Shown in pieces: positions 35,101-46,600 of a stretch of 64,000 nt of DNA. Position 1 is the stretch's first letter. Every line of letters starts with the position of its first letter. Source of the DNA: Eimeria praecox (Eukaryota); assembly GCA_963920595.1 (NCBI GenBank), contig OY986949.1, positions 4,030,001 through 4,094,000 on the forward strand, read 5' to 3'. The notes beneath the pieces are model-generated. The model searched no databases and was not told where the DNA came from. It was given only the letters and a program-made list of their open reading frames with translations. Both the position numbers and the translations under genes were made by a program.

Positions 35101-36486
35101 GGAGACATAATCTTCTCTAACCAGCGAAAGAACGACCACCCCCTCTGATCTAATAAAACCATCAGAAGCTTCATCAAAAGGGCGGCAGCGGCCTTTCCGC
35201 GACAGCATTCCTAGATTACAGAGAGCCACTGTGACCTCTGGAGCAATGATGAGTTGGGATGATCCTGCCAGGGCGCATATCATGCGGCCTGATTCAATGT
35301 GGCTCACAGCTGTGCAGAATGCCACGATTCCCGAGGACGTAGCCGTATCGATTGTCATTGAAGCTCCCTCCAGGTTCATGCAGTACGAAATGCGATTCGC
35401 AAGCATTGCATGCTGGAGATCTACAATGAAGCACGAAGGGCTGTCTCTTGCAGTGAGTTTTGCGTGAACCAGAAACCTGAGCAAATGCATAAAGGGCATT
35501 ACGTTTTTGAGGAGGGAGACGGAGGTTCATTCTCTGGTTCAGATCGCATGCTAAACGGCAAAATCAGCAAGCCACCAGTCAACTGTATAAGCAAAAGCGA
35601 GCACACTGGCTGCTCAGTTGATAGGAACGTCCATATTCACAGCTTGTAAGGGGACAGTGTTCCCGCTTGATGCACGCTAGCGCATACTAGACTAAGGAAC
35701 TTACCAATCAGCACACGAGCATCCAATAAAAACTCCAGTCTCATCTGTTGGGCGTATACGGCCCTTCATCAAAGGGGCCCTAGCTTCGAAAGCAGCTTCC
35801 AAAAGGAGCCGTTGTTGGGGGTCCATCTGTGAAGCCTGAGAAAGCATAGTAATTCAGAAACCGCAAGTGTTATGCCGACTCGCCCTGTGCTGGAATGCGC
35901 TAGGTAAACTTACTTCATGATCAGGGATTTCGAAGAACCGGTTGTCGAACGCCTCTGCATCTTCAATGAATCCTCCTTCTTTGACGTAAATGGTACCCTC
36001 ACCTCCTTCTGGATCGTAAAGCAGATCTGCATTCCATCGCGAGGCAGGAATAGGGGTGATCGCATCCCTTCCCGGGACAAGGATATCTGACCACAAGTCC
36101 CCCAGTGTTTCGACTCCACCAGGCAAGCGACATGAAGCGCTTATGATTGCCACTCGCGGGGAACGTTGATGCGGGCGGATTGCATGTAGAGGAACTCTGT
36201 TGCTCCGATCAGAGCAGACCCCCTCAGACAACTCAGTGATCTTCGCAGCGACTTCCTCAATTTTTTTGCATTGGAGAAGAGACGAGGGAAGTTCTAGCCC
36301 CAGAGAAATAGAAAGGGACCTTAGGAAGAATGAACCTGCCACTGAGTCGCTAGACACCAATTCCCACTGCCGCGCAGAGTCACCTCCTGTGAACTCCACT
36401 GCGCAACTGGCAGCTTGCAGCGCCTCAGTGACCAGATTTATTGAGCTCATGCCAACTAAAGCGCTGCGCATGGGCTGGGTTTCCAT
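14112..36486 (-). CDS. Modular type I polyketide synthase (multi-exon; 5 KS, 3 AT, 2 DH, 3 KR, 5 ACP, terminal reductase); 3' end unresolved
   Basis: Start aaaATG at 36486. GT-AG introns include 35836-35913, 30984-31125, 25427-25568, 19888-20020, 16445-16610, 14952-15178 and 14513-14805, and they join the large ORFs in frame. Motifs: KS DTACSS/HGTGT/GH, AT GQGSQ/GHSLG/HAFHS, DH DHVVWGTPILPG and HPSILDGCVQA, KR GGLGGLG/YAAAN, ACP GIDSL/GVDSM/GLDSL, R domain TGATGLTG. Confidence 0.92.
14806..16240 (-). other. PKS terminal thioester-reductase-like (extended SDR) domain
   Basis: IFLTGATGLTG, IYCLVQA, VVGDLRAPRLGLS, VYHAG, YEAMRKANV, GYPWARWAVE, VYRLP. Confidence 0.85.
16630..17970 (-). other. 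PKS terminal divergent KS5
   Basis: FAVIGMGCRLPG, IDPQQRVLLE, DTACASG, HGTAT, HNNIGHLD, AYGLGGT. Confidence 0.85.
18045..22440 (-). other. PKS module KS4-AT-KR-ACP (no DH)
   Basis: After the post-AT linker (WQHK|RFPF) the chain goes straight into the KR structural subdomain and KR (GGTGGLG, HCAGYEGK, YAAAN), then ACP GLDSL. Confidence 0.85.
22520..28000 (-). other. PKS module KS3-AT-DH-KR-ACP
   Basis: Same motif set; near-identical 5,557-bp paralog of the upstream module. Confidence 0.9.
28080..33760 (-). other. PKS module KS2-AT-DH-KR-ACP (preceded by an ACP at ~33830-34050; AT spans the N gap)
   Basis: DTACSS, GHSLG, HAFHS, DH and KR motifs, GIDSL. Confidence 0.88.
31826..32025. other. 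Assembly gap (200 N)
   Basis: Run of N. Confidence 1.
34570..36160 (-). other. PKS KS1 (active-site Cys replaced by Thr; no AT follows)
   Basis: VAIISASCRLPG...MDPQQRLLLE...TIDTATSS...HGTGT...KGNIGHCE...SSFGVGGCNGHVILE, followed directly by a WKKNRFPW linker. Confidence 0.88.
36223..36450 (-). other. PKS N-terminal degenerate ACP-like domain
   Basis: VSSDSVAGSFFLRSLSISLGLELPSSLLQCKKIEEVAAKI matches the ACP DS+...L...LGL+LP+SLL pattern, but lacks the G of GxDS. Confidence 0.6.
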
Positions 36487-38163
36487 TTTAGGCACACAGA
36501 TTATGGCTGTTCACCTAGGGCAGAGCATTGCACAAGCACACCTGGGTGGCACCAGACGGACACACAATACGGCTGTATACGCCTCAAGATAAACACGAAA
36601 ATTGTAGAAGTCGTGGTGGAATAGTATACTAGCGGCGTTGGACTTGTGATTTGCAGCTCCCTGCCACCACAGGAAGGCACCATACAATGGGCAACTCCAC
36701 GGGTGGTCACCACGATCCGTTGGGCAAGGGAGCACCTTTCCAGAGCGACCCCACCCATTGAAACCGGAGCCACGCAATGCACATTAAAAAACCCTTTTCT
36801 CTTCTCTGAAGGCTTTCTTATCCGAAGATTACAGATGCGTCAATTACACGTGTGGGCTTCTTCCACGCTGACCTGCCAACCGCTCAGAACGATCACATCA
36901 ACGCTTGTGTGTGCAGCAGCATCCTGCAGCAAACCCACTCCTGGTGTAAAATCGTACCAAAACTTCCAATCCTGATATTTTCTCTTTGTGCAATACTTAT
37001 TTTCCTCTGTGTTTTGTATGCTTTCCCGCATTCGGGGTGCTCTAGGTGACACGTACCAAAACAGGGCACGGAACGGGGAGTGGACTACCTACGGTGATTG
37101 CTAAGATTGATGAAATCACAACCATCAGAGCGCTTAAACTGGCCTCGCCAACTCGATAGCACAGGCCCTGGAAACCTTTTCCGCTTGGTGTGCATCTCGT
37201 TGCGCAGCCACCATTGCGTGAACCTTGACCGTTGCTGGATACTGCAAGACACCCTTTACCGTGCTGCATTCGCTGCTAATGTAGCTTCGAGTTTTCCGAT
37301 GTGAATGGAGGCACATCATTACTCAAGCATTAATCTGATCCCCACGCACCCTTACTACTCTTTAAGATACGCGGCATATAATGCTCACCCACTTACATGC
37401 TAATCGTGCGGAGGCAAGAGAGTGCCGCTCCCTGCCTTTCAAGCTGCAGCCATCGCTTCGTCAGTGTTTCAAAAGAGTTTTGGTCTCTGCAATGCAGACC
37501 CTATCAATCACTAAGCAATACGCCAAAAACCAAGCAAACCACTTCGCTGTGAGAACGGATAGTGGGGCTGCGCACAGCACTTACTCAACATGTACATCAA
37601 CCATGGGGTAAATGCCAATAGGGCCAGCAATGCCAGCAGATGCTTAGGTACAAGCGTATCAGGTAAAACTGCTGTGCTTCCATAGCCGGCGCACATCCGA
37701 CATCATTTGCAAATTTCATAGGTTTTGACAAGCGCTATGCGCTTTGCAAGGGTTCGCAATCAGCGATATTCGACAGCAGGATCGTGCAGTCCCACGCCTC
37801 CTAAGCAGATAGGTGCTTTCAGACTGCTCATGCAGTGAAGGGTTTAATATAGTGTTTATCTCCTTCTAATCGAGCGAGAGATTCGGCGCCATGCTTATCC
37901 AGCCGCCTCATGATCGCAAATAATTCCTCGGCGAGTCTATATCGGTACGCGAAGAATCCTTCTCAGAGTATTCCTTGCGCACTTTCCCTAGTTTAAAGAA
38001 GGCGACTGACGAACAGGCACGGGGCTTAGTTAACGGAGAAGCCATCCATAATGGCTTCTGGTATAGGCAAGATGCGGAAATCTCTCCTCAAATAGCCCAT
38101 GAGGCAAACCAGCAAATTCCTATAATTGGTGCGCCGTCTTTGGTTGATTTCTACAAGAGGCGC

Positions 38164-41100
38164 TTACACTCCCCGACAGGTTGACTTTAAGGCCTGAATT
38201 GTAAGATACAAAAAGTTGCACTTCCTCACGTCTTGGTGTGGAGAACGACCAAATCAAGATGACCCCACTTTGGGCGATTCAGCTTGGCTAATAGAAACTC
38301 TCTATGTGCATTTCGAAGGAAAGAGTCAGCATCTCACGCTCAGAAGGTCAATGTAGTCGAGAGCGCAACCTTTTGAGTACGGCAACAATTCCTCAAGTAT
38401 CGACCTGATCTCGTCTGGCGACTGCGTAAATCCTGTTATCCAGGAAAAGTGGCATTGGCTTTGTCTCAGTTATACACTGCCACTCTTGAAGAAATTTATA
38501 AGCGGCTTGTGAGCACTCCCAAGCTACGTCTCACACGCTTACCACAGCGTTCGAAAACTTCAACAGCTTCACCTACAGAAACTTTCCGGCCAAGGGATGA
38601 CCGAGCGAACTCTTTGGTCAGCAACTGGATGAGTCGCGGCTGCTGGTACAAACGGCTCCTATCACATGCAGACAACACAGCTGCTGGATACAGGTTGATA
38701 TAGGCCAGGTCGCACTCGAGACCAGGGCAGCATGTACACTGCAGCTCCTCCGGCTCACTGAAGTTGCTTGAAGCTTTGCTTGATTGCCTTTGTATCTTCG
38801 AGCTTTGCAGATTCGACTTTGGCTGTGTCCCTGTATGCCTGGATATTCTGAAGGAACAGGCAGGGTCAGAACAGACGGAGTAATGCCAGTTCAAAGAATA
38901 CAAGCTAAATGCCCTTCTCCCGCGATCGCGTGAAGGAAGTAACTCACACTGTGCAAAGTTTCATTTAGCCGCTGGCTGTTAGATAGAAATGCCCCTTGGA
39001 GCTCCAGCATGCCTTTGCAGAATTCTTCGTAGTCTACTTTTCCATCGCCAGTTGAGTCGAAATACCTCGACAGGAGAAGAGCGTCCTGAAGTATAGCGCA
39101 CAGCAATATTTGCTGACTTTGTTATTATCAAGGCTAGCTTACGGTCCTTTTTTCTGTAATGAGAGTATACCTGTTCAGATATTGAGTAGCCAAAGCGCTC
39201 CAATGCATTCTGAAAATCTTGAAATGTCAGAAACCCCCTGCGCCGCTGAAACGCCGACGAAAACAACCCCCAAACAGCCTCAATTCCCCTTAGCTGCGTC
39301 AAGCTTATTATGGTTGTACCTTCGCCCTGTGGCCTGTGTTATAAACACTGAACTAGTTTACAAGGCACCTCATCGCAAGCGGTGAACATCTGGCCTGATT
39401 TGATATCGTTTCCACGAAGACCATCCCACAGGCGCCTGAGATGCAAGAGGACGCGTGCTTGATCCGGTTCGAGATCTCCCTCTTGGTTAGGCCGTTCGGA
39501 AAGGTCAAATACGTCTGTTACTTTAAAGGTTTGCCTATTTATGGTGACTAAAGACCTGCAGAAAGTCAGCATACTGAACTAACATCTTCCAATGAAGGCG
39601 GTTTAGGGGGCCACACAGAAAAGAACTAACATCTCCCAATGAAGGCAGCTTAGGAGGGTATACACAAAGAAGCACCCTGATCACCAAGGCGGCTCTTACC
39701 CTATAACAAAATCGCTTGCTTCAAAAGGCCGCTGTGCATCTTCATTGAAATATATGGATTTCTGAAGCAGCTTCTCTCCAGCTGTTGTGCTGTGCCTGAA
39801 AACACCCGTCCTTATCGCTGCGTCAAATTTGCTGCATAGAAATATTTCCAGCACAGGAGTACCGAGCCCCACTCTAATTAGATTAAAGTGGGGACCTTAG
39901 CTTACCCGTCTGCTTTGGGTTCAAAGACAGAAACATATTGTTCTTCGGGGTAGAAAAGTATGTGTACTTCTCTTCCAAAAGCATCAGGGCATATCATGTC
40001 TGCAATCGTGGCCTTTATAAACAATGGCCCAGTCTTCCGATCACACTTCGAGTACACAGGATTCGCCTCCTCGTGGTTTCTCAGATTTGCTGAAGTGGGT
40101 GGCTGGCTTGGCACCTCAAAAGCTTCAACGTTAATAGGTTCTTGAAGTTGTATGCCCAGGTTATGCCTGCCACAAGAACACCGGCAACACTACATAGTTC
40201 ATCCGGTGTGCCTGCACGCTTTCCCCAGCTTCTTAAGACCGCCGGCCTTACAAAACTAGTGTTTTACCACTGGAACCCACTTTACGTAAGCCATAGTAAA
40301 CGGGTCTGCAGCGTATATGAAAAACTCCCGGTCCGCGATCGTCACTACCGAACCAACCTAAAAAGGCAAACGCAGCCGTAAACAGCAGGACGGAAAATTT
40401 CACGGTGCAGCCCGCATTCACCTTCACTGTTCAAAAGGGAGTTCCAGCTCCTTACTTTGAAATCCTCTAGCTTGAAATACGCTGCTTCGGGAGGACGCGG
40501 GTAAGATGGCCCCACGCTTAAAACATCCCCTGCGCTCATGCTCTTTTGGGCTCAGTAATATGTACAGGCTGTACTTACGATCAACCCTTCTCTGCGATGA
40601 AGAGTGAGATCTTTGGCATATTCCTTGCCTTACCCTTCAACAACTTTCTTCTGCCAATGAATATTGTAAATCGGTTTCCCCCTAGAGGAGGTAAATTCTC
40701 TCGAATTTCCAGTGTGTCATCTCTAAGCAAGGCACAAAACCCACAGCTGGTAGATATCCATGGGGATATGATGCAAGAAAAGGAATCTGATTTGGGGTAG
40801 GGTTCACTTGGTCCTTCGGTGCAAAGCACTAGCTGCCCTGTTTGTTCAATCACGCATACCTGGGGAAATACAATATTGTATATAGTCGCCGTTCAAGCAC
40901 GTTCGTGAAATTGTCGTCAAAGAAGGCTCTAAATCTACAAACCTGCAAGCCCAACAGTGTATCAGCTGGCCGATTACCTTAAGTGTGGAGAAGCCTGTTG
41001 CTGCAGCCAACCATCTGGTGAGTAAGACGAACTCTTACCGGCTCGGGGCTCTCAACACGTTCGTAAAATTCGTCAATGCATTGCTTGTCTTGGTTTGGAG

Positions 41101-41884
41101 CTGACCTGCAGGCGTGCGCACCAGCTTTTTCATAAGCCGCAGCCTCAGCATGCAATGTGAGTTAACCCGGGAAACACGGAAGCTAAAAGGGCTCCGCTTG
41201 TGTAGAAGCCATACTTTTGTGTACATTGCTTGTTATGCATCTTGTGGCATGAATAAGCTTTAGAGCCTGGAAGCTCTAAGGTGCAGTTGGATGGCTGGTT
41301 CATTCCCGTTACCCTGTACCACTCCTTCACAAAAACACAACTCAGTGTTTGAGAATATAGCTTACTTGAATTCTACACAAATGCGCCACAGCTCTGTGGC
41401 ATGCACTATATTTTAAAGCCATTACCACAGGAAATCAAAGAAATCCCTACCCTTGTGAATGCGTCGCATGCCGTTATTGCAAACGTCTTTCCGTATGCTG
41501 TGAAAGTTGTGCCGACACGCAGGTCTGACGGAGACACAAGCCTGCCAGGCTCATCCACATTAGGGAAGCGATGCCTCTTAATTAAGGAGCCGCTGTTCAT
41601 GCCGCTGTTGTCGATCTTTGGCTCGACAATCTCCATTGTATCGTCCTATAATGATGCAGATCACAAGGTGGACGGTACCCGCCTCATTACAGCTCCGTCT
41701 GGGACCACGTGATATGGTATTCTAACTGCACGTGAGTTCTTACCTCGAGGTAATACAAGATTTCACATGGTCTGCTGCGGTAATTCTCCGTTCTTGATTC
41801 GTCGACGTGTTCATTGAAGTGGCTAAAAAACCTGAGGACCTTATGCTCCATTATATCCCAGGCCGGGGCGTTCATTGGCGCCAA
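38164..41884 (-). CDS. EFHC1/EFHC2 (Rib72)-like axonemal protein with DM10 domains and EF-hands; multi-exon, start uncertain
   Basis: DM10 motif KVLRFFSHFNEHVDESRTENYRSRPCEILYYLE|DDTMEIVEPKIDNSGMNSGSLIKRHR...DLRVG...YGKTFAITACDAFTR. Further DM10 pieces (DDTLEIRE; REVHILFYPEEQYVSVFEP) and an EF-hand (FDSTGDGKVDYEEF). Last exon ALKSTCRGV* with stop at 38164-38166. Confidence 0.82.
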
Positions 41885-43650
41885 TATGTCCTTTCTATAC
41901 GTGTCTCTAGTGGTCGCGACTGGAAGTGTCGAGCCATTGCGCCAAGGGTCTTTCTCTCTGAATAAAGACGAACCACGTACGGGGACTGGAATTCAGTCGT
42001 CAACAGTAGTACGCGCGCGGAGGCCCAACCTGGGGGAGCTGCTCAGCGGCCCTTTTACCTCTCCAGCGCAACAAAACGAAAAGCCTCGATGGAGCGAGCA
42101 TCTTCTGGGGAGGCTATGGACTTGTTCGTATGTCTCGTTCTTCCTTGCGCAGCCGTGCAGAGGCCCAGAGAAAGCTTGAGAGTGACGGAGGCATCGCACA
42201 AGCAAAAATCCGCAGGGAGAGCAATCTCTGCCTCGACGATCACACACTGCTTGCAGCTTTTTCAGAGGCTCCTATGGCTGCACTGTTGTGTGTCTAGTGG
42301 GGAATCTGGGGAAAACCTGCCGAGTGGAACCAACAAATTATTCCGTCCTTGTACCCCCGCTACACTACCAACCTGGCTGCCACAATCCTGATACATTTTC
42401 TGGACCATCCTTGATTAATACTCCAAATATGTCATATGACCAGCTGACGGCAGGGTACACCCTAAGATTCCGCTGGACACCCGCAAGGCCCTTGCGAGCG
42501 ATGCACTGCTCGCCGTGCACAAAAATACGGTAATCAGCGAAGCTCCATGCAAACCTCCCACCGGGGTAAGCTAATGCCGGTCGAAAATCAGATTCTTTTT
42601 CGCACGTAAAATTGGCAAGCGTTTCGTGCAGAGCTATGTTCGGCGCCTGCAGCGAAGACAGTCGCGCAAGCCCCGAAGTCGATGCGGTAGCACCACGATT
42701 CCCGAAAGATGGCCCTCAGTTGTGTACCTCGTGAAACTAGCGAAAACACTGAATACAAAATTCTCTTGCGAAGTTCAGTTGTGGACTTCCTCTATATTCA
42801 AGACCTGTTTCGGAAAGACTGGTGGCGCTCTGTTTTCGTGACACTGATCCGGTCCTCTGACAGGCCAATGATGCACTGACAAAACCGTACTCTATGAAGG
42901 CGTGACATTAAATGAAACTATTTTCCCTATATTATATGGATATTACAGGAAGTGAAGAGGGCTCAATGATGCACTTTAGCGCTCCCCTGCAATGCTTGGT
43001 TGCTAGCGTCCCGCAGACGCAACGCAATGCAAGCCCGCTTCGGTTTAAGTGTGCTTCGAACTGTGGGCTCTTGAGGGACCTAAGGTTAAATAGCCTTCTG
43101 GGATTACTCGCATTTACAGCGAGGGTCCTACTGGTGGCTTTCCTGCAGCCTGCATAGAATTTGAAGCTGGATTTTGTCTGAGATGTAATTGCGTCAGGTG
43201 CATAAGCTCATCCTGGGGTCGCCTCCCCCACCAGGCACCCATCTCTTGTCAGAAAGCGTCAGGCTGTATTCCACTTTATCTGGAAAACAGGGGCGAGCAC
43301 ACTTTCAGCTAATGTGCGCGAGCTAATTTGCACGGGCTCTCCCCTGCTAAATGATAAACACGTTAAGCGATAGGCACAGCGGGGCATAGTATCTTTCATC
43401 GGAAATTTTGAAGGTCATGCTAAACCAGTTGCTCATTAGCGTTCTGAGCCCATTTGCAGAACCAGATATGCTGAGTTTCGCCCATGAAAAACACCGCCAA
43501 AATTTATTTCACGAAGTTGGAACCCTCCAGTAGCTTGAAGTGATCCCAAATAGCTAAATTAATTCAGCCCGTAGGCCAGGTAAAAAAAAGGCAAAAATGT
43601 GATAGGAATGGGCCAAATGCAACTGGAAAGCTCAACTGCTTGACAGCATT

Positions 43651-46600
43651 TCATTGCGGGTCAGTGCTGGTAGGCTGGGAGAAGCACAGTGTATCTGGCT
43701 TCCTGGGGCGCCTGTTTAACATGCTAGAACCGCGCATATGCCTTTCGTGTGAACCAGTTGGAGAAGCGGAGGTAACAGATGGCCTGGCAGTTTTACATTG
43801 GGGTAATCTTGAAGCGGTCACGGGAGTGGCAGGCAATTCGCAGGGATGCCCGTCCACGCCTCGCATAGAGTTAGAGCGCCCGAAAGAACCTCTGGCCGGC
43901 CGTTGCGCAGCAGGCCTCAGCACGCGTGTAATGGATGGAGCTTCTGCGCCTTTGGAAGTGGCATCGCAGTTTCCCGCAAGCGTCTGACCACTATAGAGAC
44001 CAGCGGAATCAGCGACAGTGTTTCGGTCTGCCGTGAGTTCGTTAGCATCATTTGCGAAGCAGTCACTGTCCCGAGTTCCTGCTGCATTAGGATGAGTGCC
44101 ACTTAGCTGTGTCTTCCCCAAATTAGAAGGCTCTGGGTAAGCGCAGGTGCCCGAATTAAGCTGGGGCGCTTCAGCTGAACTGGAATGCCGTTGTAGAACA
44201 CCGGCACTCGCATTAGACGGTTGGGGGTCAAGCTTGTAAGACCGACATACTGCGGCGAGATCGAGCCAATCTGTGGGGACGCACTCACGATTTGCAGCCT
44301 CAGCCCTTAGTGTTGCAAGCTTGTGGTGAGGGAGAGCCGCTGAAGTGCCAGCGCAGAATCGGAGCATGTGTAAACCGTTGCGAGTTGAATCCTCAAGGTC
44401 ATTTGGGCGTGAAGCCACGCTCGAATGATTCTGTAGCAGTGTGCGCTGTTGAGCGGGGGACAGAAGGCATTCTCGAACTTTGTGCACAAAGGGATAGAGC
44501 ATGAAATCGTCGCTGCTGTCGTATGGCTGTTGCTCAATGGAATGACCGCCAGAGGAGAGCCAACGCCGAGCATTGCCGCAGAATGGGCCCACCTTCTGAT
44601 CCTGAATAGCCAACAGAGAGACAAACTGAATTGGGCCCTAGGTGGATATTCTACATCCTTCACCTCAGCAGCGCAGCAACATCTCTGGGCCCTGAAGAAG
44701 AGTGCAACTCGCTGGCGTCCTAGGACCACTCAAACATAATTAGTTTTGGCTGACAATTTACAATCAGTTTTAGGCTATAACTACTTGCTGTGCTTTGTGA
44801 CCGGCGTATTCGCAAATTTGCGATGCCTAAGCTCCAGGATAAAGAAACTGCGGCTGGCGTGGCAGAGGCAACATACACCCAAAAGTCACTCACCTTCACC
44901 GGATCAATGCCTCCCCGTACAAAAAGCGCCCGAAGCGCTGTCCTTTTTGCCTGATCGCAAATATCGGACAGGCGCAAGATCTGCTTGAGGCACGGTAAAT
45001 AGCTGCATACCGTATTTCCTGCAACAGGCTGTGCGATGCTTTACACAGAAGTGGCCGCATGCACCCAACAAGACAGCGCTAGCGAGAAATTGCCAGAGCG
45101 CCTTCATGCAATCATAGCGCCGAGTATACTGCAGTCCCCAGCATACGTGAACTGTGAGGCTGCGGAGACGCAAAGATGCGTCTCCACTGCACATGCTCAA
45201 AGATATATGGCGCCACATTTCACATATATGAAAAGATGTCCACACACCTTAAGGAAGTCCTCTACCATACACGAATTGTCTTTGTGGTCGGAGGATGGCG
45301 AATCTACTTGCATCGCGCAGTCCTCGGACTGTGCTCTTTCTGCTTCTTCTAGATACCTCCGATGGAGTGCCACAATTTGCGGAACAGTACACGACATCGC
45401 TGCAGCAGCACTCGCTGCGCACGAGAAGTTGCTCAGCCCTCTGCACGCCTCTTCTGCCCCTCGAACTTGCAGCAACGCCTCATTTAATTCCGTTGCAGGT
45501 GCAGGCGGGCCCTCCATGTGCATTTGAACATCGTTACCTTCGTAAGCATCGTTGCTGCGAAGCAGTCGCTCTAGCCGCTCGCTACGTTCTGCTGACTCTG
45601 TTATGCCGGCTGCCTCCAAATGGACACCCAGAAGTGTTGGGCTGCAAAATGGTGCATCACACAAAGCAAGGATGCCTTTCAGAGCGTGCATCAATGGCGG
45701 CCGCCATTTCGATAATATCAAGGCACTCGTAGTCTTGTGCATTGTAGCCGTAGTACGCTCAGCAATTCAAAGAGAGATTTGATTCAATAATATGCGCATC
45801 ATATGGCTTCTATGCGGAAGAACGAAAGCGCTAGGTTTCGCATACCACAAAGTAACGAATGAATGCATGAAGATTTTGGCATGGAGGAGGAACATCAGAC
45901 TGTCCTTTTGAAGCGCCGCGAGTGATTTTTCGCGACTGTCGTAACCTGGTTGCAGACCGCGCTCCTCTGTTTGCTTCCGGTTTTGAATGTGCTGCTGGTA
46001 GCTCTGCTCTATAAGAAGCTTCGCAGCATGATATGCGCCTTCTAGGCGAGAAAGGGATGTCACAACTGTCTGCAATGTGTACATAGACAGCCCAAAGTCC
46101 ACAGCGACACGCATGCACACAAGTGTACACATCATACGCACAAGGCTTGTGTTTCAGCGGCGGCCCTCTTTACTCTCCATGGACTTTGACGATACTTACA
46201 CTGATGAGGTCCAAGATACTGAGGGCCTCAGCAAGGCGCCGTTCTTCCGCCTCTGCCAGTCCTACACCCGAAACCTGCTTTCGCTGTTGAAGCTCCGCCG
46301 TTGCGTGCTTCTCCAGCAGTGGCACTGCCTTCTTATGAACTTTGCCGACAAGGCGCCATAAGGTGTCAGTGTGTTTTCGATGAGGCCCCTGGGAAGCGCT
46401 GCCCAGATTTTGGGCGGCTAGCGAAAAGCAGCATTCAGCAATGCATGATCTGCAGCGTCAAAACGACCCCAAACTGTTAAAGGCTGGTGCATGCTGAATC
46501 AATGTGAATTAGACGGAGTGCGTACTGTAAAGTCTCCACAAAAGCGCAATCTACTGGTGGCGTTCTCTCATGGATCAGGTCTCAGCTAGGTTGGAGCGAC

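Noticed and set aside
14112..36486. Bacterial contamination or recent horizontal transfer of the PKS
   Set aside because: Multiple spliceosomal introns and continuity with apicomplexan genes argue against it.
36500..37700. Short minus-strand ORFs upstream of the PKS as a possible loading domain
   Set aside because: No adenylation or acyl-ligase motifs seen and no convincing in-phase splice chain.
39576..39671. Two ~47-bp imperfect tandem copies (gaactaacatct...ccaatgaaggc), superficially CRISPR-like
   Set aside because: Only two adjacent copies with no spacers, inside an intron of a eukaryotic gene; an ordinary local duplication.
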